Positions 38,697 to 51,544 of a DNA stretch of 64,000 bases are shown in pieces. Made by a program: the position numbers and the translations under genes. This DNA comes from Octopus vulgaris. Taxonomy: Eukaryota. The notes under the pieces were generated by a model. The model was not told where the DNA came from, did no database searches, and saw nothing but the letters and a program-made list of their open reading frames with translations. The number at the start of each line of letters is the position of its first letter. Within the stretch, counting starts at the first letter, position 1. The DNA is taken from the NCBI GenBank assembly GCA_951406725.2, contig OX597816.1, positions 2,666,001-2,730,000 of the forward strand, read 5' to 3'.

Positions 38697-39535
38697 TATA
38701 TACATATACGACGGGCTTCTTCGAGTTTCCGTATACCAAATCCACTCACAAGACTTTGGTCGGCCCGAAGCTATAATAGAAGACACTTGTCCAAGGTTCC
38801 ACGCAGTGGGACTGAACCCGGGAGCATGTCATTGGTAAGCAAGCTACTTACCACACAGATGTTTTATAAGTACTGACGCGCGAAACTCTCGACCCTAAAT
38901 ATTGATAAAAATATACCCATTATTTGAGTTCAGTTTTTCCTGTTTCCATCACATACATGCATATACAACACAATACACACACACACACATATGATGATAG
39001 CTATCCACTTGTGACCGACAAAGACCCTCACTGACCATTGTCCATGCAAGATGTCTGTGAAGCTCAAGAACGAGGTTATTGCACCAGCAGTCATCAGCTT
39101 CATTCGAGTTCGTGTTCGCTGATTCCATGCTGGCCGCGGTGCCCTTCTACTCGGACGGGCATTGTATAGTCATCTCCCTGGCAATGGCAAAACCTAAGTT
39201 TTAGGTCCAATAAAGCTAGGCTTTCACAGAACCCCATAAGCCCTCTCAACCCTACTGGAGGCAAGCCAAGGGAAGATATCTGGTGCCAATATGGGTCGTA
39301 GGCTCAGGAATGTGGGAGGTCTATAGCGCAAGCAAAAGATCCCCAAAATGTTCAATGCCATTTCTTGCATATCTGTTTTTAAACAATTTTTTAAATATCA
39401 GAGTGACCTTCTCCTAGAGACATGCTTTAACAAAAGTTAAGGGCTGCCTCGCTCCCGCTGGTCTTCCAGTACATCGGACACCAATTTCTGGAGGTCCGTG
39501 CTATTCCTAGATAATCGTTGAACTTACACTAGGTT

Positions 39536-39831
39536 ATACAGTTCTATATTTAAGAGATGGGTTCTCATTCCTAAGGGCATATGGCGTAGTGGTTAAGAGC
39601 GCGGGCTACTAACCCCAAGATTTCGAGTTCGATTCCAGGCCGTGACCTGAATAATAATTATAATAATAATAATAAATAATAATGATATCATCTAAAAATA
39701 CCTTAGGAATGAGAATTCAGGTTCGAAATTTCCCCAAGACACTTGATGAAGGCTGGAGGGTATATCAGCCGAAATGTTGTGTTAACAACAAATAAGATGA
39801 GGACAAATATCTGTCAAATGTAAATAATGTA
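39536..39831 (+). mobile_element. tRNA-headed element with hammerhead-like 3' region and 11-bp TSD
   Basis: TSD TACACTAGGTT at 39525-39535 and 39832-39842; A box TGGCGTAGTGG and B box AGTTCGATTCC; hammerhead-like motif at 39738-39783. Confidence 0.75.
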
Positions 39832-40475
39832 TACACTAGGTTCATCCGGGATTTTATCAGGTCTTTTTCTCAATCACCGACGACCCCGACCATACAACAG
39901 ATTGTCCTGGATTCCATGTTACTAGTAGCACTTCACAAGTGACTTGACAACCTGTTGCATGATTAAGTTGCCGGTGACTAAACTGGCACCTCCACCAGGC
40001 TAACTTGGCGAGGAGGGTTGCTAAAAAACCAGCAGGACTAAAAAACGATCACTCGAAAGGATGGATGAACCCAGTGTTGGTTCAACGACTACCAAGAAAT
40101 AACAAGGGGCCGTCAGACATTCTGGGTTGGTGTCCGGCGTGCTGCAAGACCACCGGGAGGCGCGAGCAACCCCTTGCTTTTGTTAAAGCATGTCTCTAGG
40201 AGAAAGTCACTCTGATATAAACCAGACAAGCAGGGAATAGCATTGGACATTTTAGGGATCTTTTACTTGCAATTGAGGTCATAGTGCTCCCAATTCCTGA
40301 GCTTGCGACTCATATTAGCTCCGGATATCTTGCGTCAGCTTGTCCATCGATTATGTCAATAGGACTGAGTGGGGGTGTTGTGCAAGCCTTATTCGACCCC
40401 AAATTTTGCAGAGACCAGGCATTGTGTTGTCAGTAAGAATCATACTCGTCTACGAGTTGACAGCTATCATATATA

Positions 40476-40516
<41 letters not shown>

Positions 40517-41723
40517 ATGTATGTATGTATGCATGCATGCAAACACACTCTTATGCACACAGACATCCTAACGTACAATGAACTCGCCTAACGATTGCGA
40601 TGGCATGAAACTCCAGTCACAAGAAGTAAATTCACTTTAAACAAACCCGTTACTCAATAATATGGACCAAGCTCTCTCTTCCTCACTCGTTCGCAGAAAA
40701 AGGTCAATGTTTGAATACACTGTCACTTATCTTTAAGCGTTGTACTTGTTGCATTATTGTATTGCTTAGTTTTATTCAGTTGCGAACAACTAATTTATCT
40801 CATTTTCTGTCCGGGTGTCTGAGTCTTTATGTCTTTCCCGTGTTCTTGTGTTCAACTAGTTGTCCAAGCTAGGCACCTTTTTGCTTTTTATGTCTCTTCA
40901 CGTTCTTATCATTTTCGTCTCTTATTGGCATCACTGAGGAAGGAATTGTGTCCAAGCTTTCGAAACGGCGACAATTCCTGAAGCGACAGCTGATGAGGGG
41001 TATATTTCATTTTTTGCTTGAATGCTCCGTGTTTACATCATTTGTGTTAAATTCCTTCAATCTTCTTTTGTTGATATAATGCTTTCATTGCTCCAACCAA
41101 TCCAAATCTATTTTTCTCCCTCTCCCTTCTTTATTCTCTCTTTACTCTCTTGTCTCTTCTCTTTCTGCTCTGTCCTATTCTCTTCCCAGCTTGCAACTGC
41201 TTCCTGTTTCTGTTCTGGTCTCTCTTAACTTTTTCATTTCAGTTCTCTAATGGAACACCAATTTTTCTTCTCTCCATCCTTTAACTTAATTATTTATTCA
41301 CTTTCTTTTTATCAGTGTTGTATTTGTTGAAATGATGTCGTGTGTTGTTTTGTTTTATTTTTATCGAAAAAGAATAATGACTTCCTTTTTTTTTCTGTAA
41401 TAACTGGGTTTGATCATAAATTTTTTGTATTCCTATCACTTGTTTGTCCCTGTAGCCGAGATTTATCCGTGCATTACTTTTTTGTGTCTCTCTTCACCAT
41501 TGTATCAATCCAAGAGCCGTATCTGATGCTTGTTGATGAAAGTTAATTTTTTTTGCCCATGACACTACATGGACCCTAAGTAAGGCATGTGTAAAATTTG
41601 AATGAAATTGGTTGTGTAGTTCTCAAGTTTTAGGGATTCACAGACAGACACACATTCTCAGTTTTATATATATATATATATATAGATAGATAAACGAGAA
41701 AGAAGCAACAAGAATGGATTAGT

Positions 41724-41814
41724 TTTTAGTACAATTGTTTCATACAAAGACAGGCTTTATTAAAAGTTGCAAATATTGCAGCAGATAAAAGTGTCCCGTA
41801 CTCATCAGCTAAAA
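41724..41814 (-). ncRNA. Minimal type I hammerhead ribozyme, intact core
   Basis: minus strand TTTTAG-CTGATGA-GTACGGGACA..(long stem II)..TGTCTTTGTAT-GAAA-CAATTG-TA-CTAAAA; stem I 6 bp, palindromic stem III, GUA triplet. Confidence 0.75.
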
Positions 41815-42336
41815 CACATATGAGTTCTCCAAACATCTTAGTGGGTGAGGCTACACTCATGAAGTATTGGAGATAATTTCATTAAAAGCAGATTCAGGTT
41901 GTAAACAGACTTCCGAAGTTCTTTAATGATGATGCACAGTCTTATCACAGGTTATATATATAGATATATATGTGTATATACAAATCATATATACATATTT
42001 ATGTATGTTTATATACAAATATTTGAACACATATATATATATTCACGTATGTATATATGTATTTGCATATATTATATAATATATGTGTGAGTGTGTGTAT
42101 GTGTGTCCAGATTATGGCTGGAGTTTGTAGCTGTCGATAGGTACCGGCTGCTGGTGATTGCTGAGTGCTATTGAATGGGATTGATGACAGCTAGTGGGAG
42201 ATCGATGGCTCAGTCACTTTAATGCGATTGAGCCAATCTATTGATAAAAATAAACTCAACGAAAAATGTTGAGTACTCATTTTTAAAAATCTATACCCCT
42301 ATGTATGCATTTTTGTATGTATGCCTCTTCTGTCTT

Positions 42337-42968
42337 TTAATTATCATAAATCATCCACCGAGGAGGGAGCCGGTTTCCAACAAAGCTACAAAGCTCCATC
42401 TTTGTGATGTAGTTAACACAGACTGATTCCATTTGGAACTTGAGAAAAGTTTTGCACATTTTTACTGTTCCACTCACAGATTGCACTTGTAATTTACGAA
42501 TTAACAGGTCGATTTCTCTTTCTGAAAATCCCAGTTCATCCAGATTCTCCTTTAAGCATTTACTAACAAAACCTAGTGCTCCAATTATTATTGGTATGAA
42601 TATGAATTCATAGTCTGGATATAGAAGCTGGAGGTTTCGAAGCAATTGTCCATAGACATCATCTTTTCCTTTGATTTTCAAAGAGATATTTATATCTGCA
42701 GGGCAGCTGACCTCTATGATGGTATATACCTCTTTCTCTCTGTCTCAAACAATAATATCTGGCCTGTTATGTTTATATTTGACAGAAGCTTTGATGGGAA
42801 TATTCCACCGGTATTCCTTCTTGAGTTGGTGTTTGTGAATGTATTCCATAACAGAGGGATTCTCTAAGTTTATTTCAGGACAGTCTTTTTTGCGAATAGC
42901 ATTGTAAATTGATTTAGCAACAACATCGTGCCACATGTGACGACGTTTTAGGACAGCTGCTAATCACG
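42337..42968 (-). mobile_element. 3' fragment of an RLE-type non-LTR retrotransposon (R4/Dong-like)
   Basis: HVISSCP..HDVVAK..HNRPDIIV (zinc-knuckle end plus PD motif), then ...YGQLLRNLQLLYPDYEFIFIPIIIGALG. Confidence 0.8.
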
Positions 42969-43062
42969 TGTATGTGCGTATGTATGCATGCATGCATGTA
43001 TGTATGTATGTATGTATGTATGTATGTATGTATGTATGTATGTATGTATGTATGTATGTATG

Positions 43063-43096
<34 letters not shown>

Positions 43097-43129
43097 TGTA
43101 TGTATGTATGTATGAATTTTCTCTTCTGT

Positions 43130-43995
43130 TTTCATTATTCAAATTCTTCCTCAGAAGAAGGAGCTGGTTTCTAGCAAAGATACAAATCTCCATCTTTGGA
43201 ATGTAGATAACGAAAACAATGTCATATTTTAAACTTGAGAAAAGTCTTGCATAACTTCACTGTGCCGCTTACAGATTGCATTTGTAATGTGCGAATCAGT
43301 TGGTTGATTTCTTTTTCTGAAAGCCCTAGCTTATCCCAAAGCCAAGGGCACCAAACATTATTGGTATAAATCTGGATATAGAAGCCGGAGGTTTCGAAAC
43401 AGTTGTCCGTAGTTATCTTGTTTCTCTTTGATGTTTAAAGAAATATTCACACCACCAGGACAACTGACCTCTATTGCAGTACATACATTTGCTTGTCTGT
43501 CCCAAACAACAATAACCGATTTGTTATGTTTACACTAGATAGAAGTTTTCATGGGGATGCTCTACTCATATTCCTTGTAGTGATGTTTCCGTCCGTATTC
43601 AAAAACCAGGGTATTTTCTGTATTTATTCCAGGACAGTTTTCTTCCCGAATGGCATTGTATATTGTTTCCGCGACAGCGTCGTCTTGCATAGGGGGGGGG
43701 GGGGTAGTACCTTGATGTCATTTCTGGGCAGCTGCTAATGACAAGCGTGATGTCTTACACAGAAATATGACATAATCTACATTTTCGGTTGCATCTTGGA
43801 ACTCCGATGGCTTCACTGCCTCTTTTGTTGATTGGGTGCCATGTAGCAATTCTTGGGTACCATGTAGCAATTCTTGGGTACCATGTAGCAATTCTTCTGT
43901 CCTTGGACTACAAATGCATCGCCTTCCAAGTATCATGTAGCGGCCACGAAGCCAAGAGACGCTTTGCTTCATGTCAATGTTACTGTCTTCTTCAA
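43130..43995 (-). mobile_element. Second, diverged RLE-type (R4/Dong-like) 3' fragment in tandem with the first
   Basis: CRLC...VISSCPEM..DAVA; homologous to 42337-42968; contains an in-frame 21-bp triplication (ELLHGTQ)x3 at ~43832-43895. Confidence 0.75.
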
Positions 43996-44568
43996 ACATG
44001 TGTCTGTGTGTGTGTGTGCGCGCGCGTGTGTGTGCGTGCGTGCGTGTGCATTGCCTTTGTTTTTTGAGGCTGCAAAAACTATTTCAAGACTTCAGTAGCA
44101 TTCAGACCGTAAATCCATTTCGTTCCACGTATTCTGGCCGGACCGCCATTAGCAGGAATAAACACTCTGCTAGGAATGTGAAGAGGCGAGAGCAAACAAT
44201 GTCCAAACCACGCGCCGCTCGGTAAACACTCTGAAACCAAACCGTTTTCATCAAGAGTTTCCTGAACAATATAAATCAATATTTCTCATATTCTTGAAAT
44301 ATAAGAGGAAAACAGAGTCAGCTTTTTTTAGTTTCATACCGAAAATATATATATTGAAGAAAATACATGGAAGTCTTTGAAAGAACACGTGTCATTCGTG
44401 GTGTTTTGAGAGAAGAATAAGTTGAGTGGATAAGACCAAATATTGGTTCCAGAGTATGTCATGTGGCAAAACAAGTGCTGTAAAATAATGTATTACAATT
44501 TAATAGATCTTATGATGGTGTATGATTTCAAAGTCAATCATATACACAGAAACTGTGTGTGTGTATAC

Positions 44569-44691
<123 letters not shown>

Positions 44692-44700
44692 CTGTGTGTA

Positions 44701-44900
44701 TACGAGAGTTTGATGAAAAGTTCCTGGCTTTGGGCGAAAGAAAATACAGGAGAATCAGTTGTGAATTATGATTTTATTCAACATATTTCAAATTCACACA
44801 CTTATAGCAGCAGTTCTTCAGTCTTTCTAAGCCCTGTAAAAGAACTCGGAAGGTTGGACTTCCAGCCATGCCTTACAGCCAGGAACTTTTTGCATCCCTC

Positions 44901-44903
<3 letters not shown>
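44701..44903. mobile_element. Mariner-derived MITE
   Basis: TACGAGAGTTTGATGAAAAGTTCCTGGC ... GCCAGGAACTTTTTGCATCCCTCGTG. Confidence 0.65.
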
Positions 44904-44986
<83 letters not shown>

Positions 44987-45699
44987 GAGGTGTGTTCTGT
45001 TAAGAACGTATTAGAGTACTAATAGAGCTCGTTCACCCTTATTGAACGAAATTCGTTGAATAAACGGTCAGGCCAAACTTAAAGTCCCAGTCAAAACGAA
45101 ATTTTATGCCATTCCCCTACCTTCACCACATAATATTGGTAAAGAATCGATCCTTGTTTACTTGCCATTTATTTCATCGATCCTGAAGAGATGAAAGACG
45201 AGGTCAATACCAACAGAATTTGGAATCAAAGCTAAACAGACAAGATGCCATTCCATGACCGGCGACATTCCCGACAGCTGGATTAACTGAAATACGACAG
45301 AATAAAATTTGATGTATTTTTTTTCTTTTGCCGTGGATTTGAACGCAAGATAACACTATAAGTAATCCACTCGACTTTTAAGACTCCACTCACGAACACA
45401 ATATACACACAAGCACAATATACTAATGTACTTATTAAAGTCCACAGCACTTACGATACCAGTTCCTTGTTATCGTTGTATAAGTAGAACCATCTGTTAC
45501 AATTGGAAATTAGCTACACATATTTTTCATCTGATAATAAACTTTTAAAAGCCTAGTTTTGATGAATGCTGAGGCAAAACATTAAGTGTTATCGTTACCT
45601 TATGTAGCTTTTATCTATTACTTGTTTCAGTTATTAGACTGCGACCCTTTTGAGCCACTGTCTGGAAATTCAATTAACCTTCGTATAAACTATCACAGC

Positions 45700-46200
45700 A
45701 CAGCTTGGTGAAAAAGCCAGACTCGTTATTTTCAATTTGGTTTTCGTACCTATCCTTACCTCTGGCCATGAATGTTGGATGGTGACGGAAAAGGTGCGAC
45801 TGCGAATACTAGTAGTCATATTGGTGTTTCTCAGAAGGATCTTCGGAGTAACGTTACTCGATATGGGGCGTAGCTCGGAGATCAGGGAGTCTCAATCCAG
45901 GTTGACATGTGACTTCTCTGTATTGAGAGGTCACAGCTTTGATATTCTGGTCATGTGATTAGAATGTCACAGGAAAGAATCACAAGACAGAATCTTCAAG
46001 CCGAGCCAACTGGCAGGAAACCTTGGAGTTTGACCAAGAACAGGACGGTCGGATAATATCCATAGTGTCAGGTGGTCACGTGTTTGGGAATCCATCCGGA
46101 AAATTTAATGACTGCTGCTTGTGATAGAACTTTGATGGACAAGATACCCGGGTTCTAATCCCACTGTCATCCCAGGCATATTGGGCAGAGGAGATGGATG
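45700..46200 (+). mobile_element. Degenerate LINE 3' fragment (RTE-like)
   Basis: FVPILTSGHECWMVTEKVRLRI...FLRRIFGVTLLD. Confidence 0.65.
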
Positions 46201-46372
46201 AGTTTTGTTGACAATTACATATCTTAACTCTGTAGAGTTACTAATTTAATCTCTTATAGAGATTTTTTATCTTGCTACTTTGCTTATTGCAAGATCAGTG
46301 ACTGATTGTTCCTTAATTTTCTATATATTGCGAACTGGAAAGAAACTACTGCTATCTCTAGCAGATAGGTAT

Positions 46373-46421
46373 CCACCACTGAGGATGGCAAAAAAAGGCC
46401 CGAAACCGGCTGCTCTGGTGG
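46373..46421 (+). ncRNA. Minimal type I hammerhead-like motif (near-canonical)
   Basis: CCACCA-CTGAGGA-TGGC AAAAAAAG GCCC-GAAA-CCGGCTGC-TC-TGGTGG; perfect 6-bp stem I; mismatches at the bases of stems II and III. Confidence 0.55.
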
Positions 46422-46831
46422 TTCTGTTAAATCGCTATGGGAATGTTGGGGTTTGCCCCCTACTTGCAATATATATTGGGTGCAGATTGCATCGATAATG
46501 AGCTACAGGAGGCATCGTGTTGGGGTTAAAAAATGGTAGCAACGTCGGTTCGTACGGGACAGCCATGCTACAATGGCGACAAACAATACCTCTCAGTAGA
46601 GTTTCTACTTTCATCTCTTTTACTTGTTTCAGTCATTTGACTGCGGCCATGCTGGAGTACCGCCTTTAGTCGAACAAATCGACCCCGGAACTTATTCTTT
46701 ATAAGCCCAGTACTTATTCTATCGGTCTCTTTTGCCGAGCTGCTAAGTGACGGGGACGTAAGCACACCAGCATCGGTTGTCAAGCAATGCTAGGGGGACA
46801 AACACAGACACACAAACACACACACACACAC

Positions 46832-46905
<74 letters not shown>

Positions 46906-47676
46906 CAGGCTTCTTTCAGTTTCCGTCTACCAAATCCACTCACAAGGCATTGGTCGGCCCGGGGCTATAGCAGAAGACACTTGTCCAAGATGCCACGCAG
47001 TGGGACTGAACCCGGAACCATGTGGTTGGTTAGCAAGCTACTTACCACACAGCCACTCCTGCGCCTATAGAGTTTATATATCTAAACTCTTATAGAGTTT
47101 ATATATATGTATATATATACATACATATATACATATGTGTGTGCGTGCATGTGTTGGTGTGTGCTTCTTGTAATCTTGTCAGACATATCAATGATTATAG
47201 TCTGATGTAAATTTATACAAACGCAAACCGACCGATAAATTACGTTCGCACATGGAATTCTAAAAAAGCTCTCTGTGGCAGCCATGTCACAGCAGAGATA
47301 GACTTGAAGAAAAAGAAAAAAAAAAGCAGTAATAAACCCAATCGATAATCCGACATGGCCTCTTCTGTTCATCGATCCATGTTTAAAGAGAAGTTGAAAT
47401 GTCAATCATTTGGTGCCGTCGCCATATTCTTCATAAGAAACAAACGCACCAAACATCCGGGTATTACTGGGGTTTTCTTGGATTACATCATTCTATCGAA
47501 CGGCCGACTTATTGGGATTATTGCATAAGACTTGCAACAACAACCCTCTCCGATTACCCAGCAATTCTATACTTCACCCTCTTCTCTTTCCACTCACAGA
47601 CATGCACACACACACACGTATACATACACGCAAGCAAAAATACATGCATACATACACACACACACACACTTATATA

Positions 47677-48118
47677 TCTCTTATTATAAAAGGCAGATTT
47701 TATCTGCTTCCCTTTGGGAGTTATACAAATCTACAATATAGGATTTCTTCAATTACAATTTACCTAGCAGTTTTAAGAGTACAATGCATCGCGTCATGCC
47801 AGGTCCAGTTTTTAAAATTTAAACTCCAATTAAGCAAAATTTAGAGAAAACTCACATTCTGGTGTGTGTGTCAAATGCTTTTCTTAGTCTGGTTTAACCA
47901 CACGCAAACGCACACACACAGTGGGCAAGGAATAAAATGAAAGTAATTCACTTACTGTAGTGAGTGATTCTTTCACTCTGCCTCCCACTTCCTCTTTACA
48001 CACATAGAAAAAACTTTTATTTTTTTACATAAGTAATGAGAGCGAATGAGACTAAGAGAAAGCGATTGTATGACGAGGGAAGTTCCTTTGAAGTTACCGT
48101 GCATGGGACTCATTGATG

Positions 48119-48164
<46 letters not shown>

Positions 48165-49197
48165 ATGGAGTGTGGGAGACAGACAGTATGTTGTGTAAGT
48201 GAAGTGCTTCTGTTAGTGTGTGTGAAGAGACAGAGAGAGTAATGTGTGAAAGAGAGAGATAACTGAAATTTTTTACTCGGTTTATGTGTATATGTATGTA
48301 TGCATGTATGTGTGTGTGTGTGTGTGTGTATGTATGTGTGTGTGTATGTATGTATTTATATATAAAAGAAAGGTTGTATGTCTGTCTACTCCGATTTAGA
48401 TTCCTAACTACTCCCACATTTTGCGATGCAGTTTAACCAAAACCGGGTATCTTATAGTCGTGATTCATATCGAGCCCTTCTGGGTATTAGCGCGCGTCTA
48501 CGATGAGTCTATGATTTTACAAATAATTTACCATCATTTTTTTCCATTTTAATGCATATTTTTTAAAATAAACGGAAGTAACTCTCAAACTTCACACCAA
48601 TATGCGTGCTCATATGCGACGTAATATCACATCACCAGCATTTCCTCACACCCTCCTTGCACTTGGCGAAGGCAAAATACCAGGGGATGAAAATGGTAAT
48701 ATTGCCATCGATTCCATTTGTACCATTGTTAAGACGCCTTCTGATCTCAGAGATGCAGTGTTCCCAGATTTACAAGCTAATTATCAGAATATGGATTGGA
48801 TTGGCAAAAAGGCTATACTGGCCCCGAGGAATAAAACTGTTCACCATATTAATGATGAAATGCTAAAACTCATTCCTGGGGAAGTCGATGTATATCAGTC
48901 TATCGATACAACTCCTGACCCAGAGGACGTCATCAACTATCCAATAGAGGTACTCAATTCCTTTGAGCACCCCGGACTACCACCACACTTTCTCAAACTT
49001 AAAGTTAGTGCCCCTATAATGCTCATCAGAAATTTGGTTCCCCCAAAACAATGCAATGGCACACGTTTGGCGTTAAGTCCTTATCTCCCACCGTAAGCTT
49101 ATTTCAATATTTGCCTGAATAATCATCATAATTCAGTGCAATCATTAACAGTACTTTCAAGCAATTCAGCCCCGAGCAACGCCGGGCAATTCTGCTA

Positions 49198-49198
<1 letters not shown>
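47677..49198 (+). mobile_element. Composite Helitron carrying a PIF1-like helicase fragment
   Basis: 5' TC; 3' hairpin CCCGAGCAACGCCGGG then CTAG|T; ORF 48602-49096 KAILAPRN..HHIN..YPIEVLNS..PGLPPHFLKLKV.APIMLIRNL..CNGTRL. Confidence 0.88.
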
Positions 49199-49291
<93 letters not shown>

Positions 49292-49499
49292 AAGGAAATA
49301 TATACATATATATATATATATATGTATATATTTCTTTTTACTTGTTTCACTCATTTGACTGCAGCCATGCTGGAGCACCACCTTTAGTCGAATAAATCGA
49401 CTGCAGGACTTATTCTTTGTAAGCCTAGTACTTATTCTATCGGACACTTTTTGCCGAACCACTGAGTGACGGGGACGTAAACACAGAATACATGTATAC

Positions 49500-49541
<42 letters not shown>

Positions 49542-49543
49542 AC

Positions 49544-49611
<68 letters not shown>

Positions 49612-49735
49612 AAAGAGTTATAGCTATTCTTTCTACTAAAAGGGAGATCTCAGTAAAACCACAGCACTTGAAAGGCAAACACAGACAGGCAAGAGAGGAA
49701 GAAATGACAGCAATCTATCATACAATTTTAAGTCA

Positions 49736-49826
49736 CCTACGGACGTATGTTTCGAAATTAAGTTTTAGGAAAGCATAAGAATTAGATAATTATGTCTTAC
49801 CCAACTTCTTTTCTCATCAGCGTAGG
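49736..49826 (-). ncRNA. Minimal type I hammerhead ribozyme, intact core
   Basis: minus strand CCTACG-CTGATGA-GAAA..(long stem II)..TTTC-GAAA-CATACG-TC-CGTAGG; perfect 6-bp stem I, GUC triplet. Confidence 0.75.
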
Positions 49827-50063
49827 ACACTACAATTATGTAAAAGCCTCATTCGAGGAAAGTTTAAGTAATACTAAGTAAGAATAGCTATAACTCTTTG
49901 ACTGCTATTTCTAAATTTCGGTGTGTGGTGAGGCAAATCGTTGCTAAACCCTTAATTACTTAGTATTACTTAAACTTTCCTCGAATAAGGCTTTTACATG
50001 CCGAAATCTACTTGGTGAAATTAATGATTATTCCAAATTAATTATTTTCACCCTATATTATTA

Positions 50064-50141
<78 letters not shown>

Positions 50142-50579
50142 CATACATATATATACGAGAGGCGTATTTCAGTTTCCGTCTACCAAATCCACTCACAAGG
50201 CCCGAGGCTATAGTAGAAGACACTTGACCAAGGTGCCATGCAGTGGGACTGAACCTGGAACCATGGTGGTTGGGAAGCAAGCTTCTTACCACACAGCCAC
50301 TCCTGCGTCTCTCTCTTGTTTTTCTATACATTCGTTGATTTTTTCCAAGGAATCTAATGCTCTTAGCTTAGTTTTTCCTTGGGGCTGGCCAGATTGGAGC
50401 ACTCTCAAGATTAATCAGCCGAAATTGCGAGGATAATCCGGTTCTTGACTGAAGAAAGAAAACTTCGAATGACCCCTCCTTGTTTTCTTGTATTATCTAT
50501 CTGGATGTTTTGTTGTCCTTTTTTTGTATCACCTAGTTGTCCGGATGTTTTCCGTTCTTGTCCCATTTTGTATTTCATA

Positions 50580-50712
<133 letters not shown>

Positions 50713-50717
50713 GTTCT

Positions 50718-51051
50718 GAAGGCGCATGGCTCAGTGGTTAGAGCGTCGAGCTTACGATCGTGAGGTTGTGAGCTCGAATCCCGGACCGGGCTGCGTGTTG
50801 TGTTCTTGAGCAAGGCACTTTATTTCACGTTGCTCCAGTTCACTCAGCTGTAGAAATGAGTTGCGACGTCACAGGTGCCAAGCTGTATCGACCTTTGTCT
50901 TTCCCTTGGATAACACTGGTGGCGTGGAGAGGGGAGGCTGGTATGCATGGGAGACTGCTGGTCTTCCATAAACAACCTTGCCCGGACTTGTGTCTAGGAG
51001 GGTAACTTTCTAGGTGCAATCCCATGGTCACTCATGACCGAAGGGGGTCTT
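50718..51051 (+). mobile_element. tRNA-derived SINE with 14-bp TSD
   Basis: A box TGGCTCAGTGG, B box-like GCTCGAATCC; TSD TATATAGTCGTTCT at 50704-50717 and 51052-51065. Confidence 0.85.
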
Positions 51052-51160
51052 TATATAGTCGTTCTTAACTATGCACAGAATTTGAGAAGAAACTATTTTA
51101 ATTTTTGTTTCCCGATTCTTTGAATACTTCATATCTGTTATAATGGACATACACCGGTAA

Positions 51161-51544
51161 TCTCTCTCTATATAAACGGCAGTTTGTCTGTGCGTGTTTC
51201 TGTGTGTCTGTTTGCTTGTACCCTCACTCTGACCACGGCTTTCAACCGATTCTGATGAAACTTGACACACACATAGCCCAATGTCATAATTCAAAACTAA
51301 CGCAGCGAAAATTTTGAAAAGTTCCCCTAGTTCAGAAAAAGATCGATAAATTCGACATGGGGTCGACAATCAGAAACACAAACCGCAGATGGTGTAGGGG
51401 ACGCAACTCGGCCTTTTTAACTATCAAAAAAAGATTACCATCATTTTTTTCCCTTTTTTTTGCTATTTTTTGGCTATAACTCTCTAAAAGTGCTTTATAG
51501 TTATTTCCCTTACAAACCCGAGCAACGCCGGGCGATACTGCTAG
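51161..51544 (+). mobile_element. Non-autonomous Helitron
   Basis: A|TCTCTCTCTATATAAACGG ... CCCGAGCAACGCCGGGCGATACTGCTAG|T; inverted near-identical copy at 55776-56145. Confidence 0.85.

Noticed and set aside
48602-49096. Host PIF1 helicase gene
   Set aside because: A fragment lying inside Helitron termini
50445-50475. CTGAAGA-AAG AAAA CTT-CGAAT hammerhead candidate
   Set aside because: GAAA is incomplete and there is no stem I or III pairing
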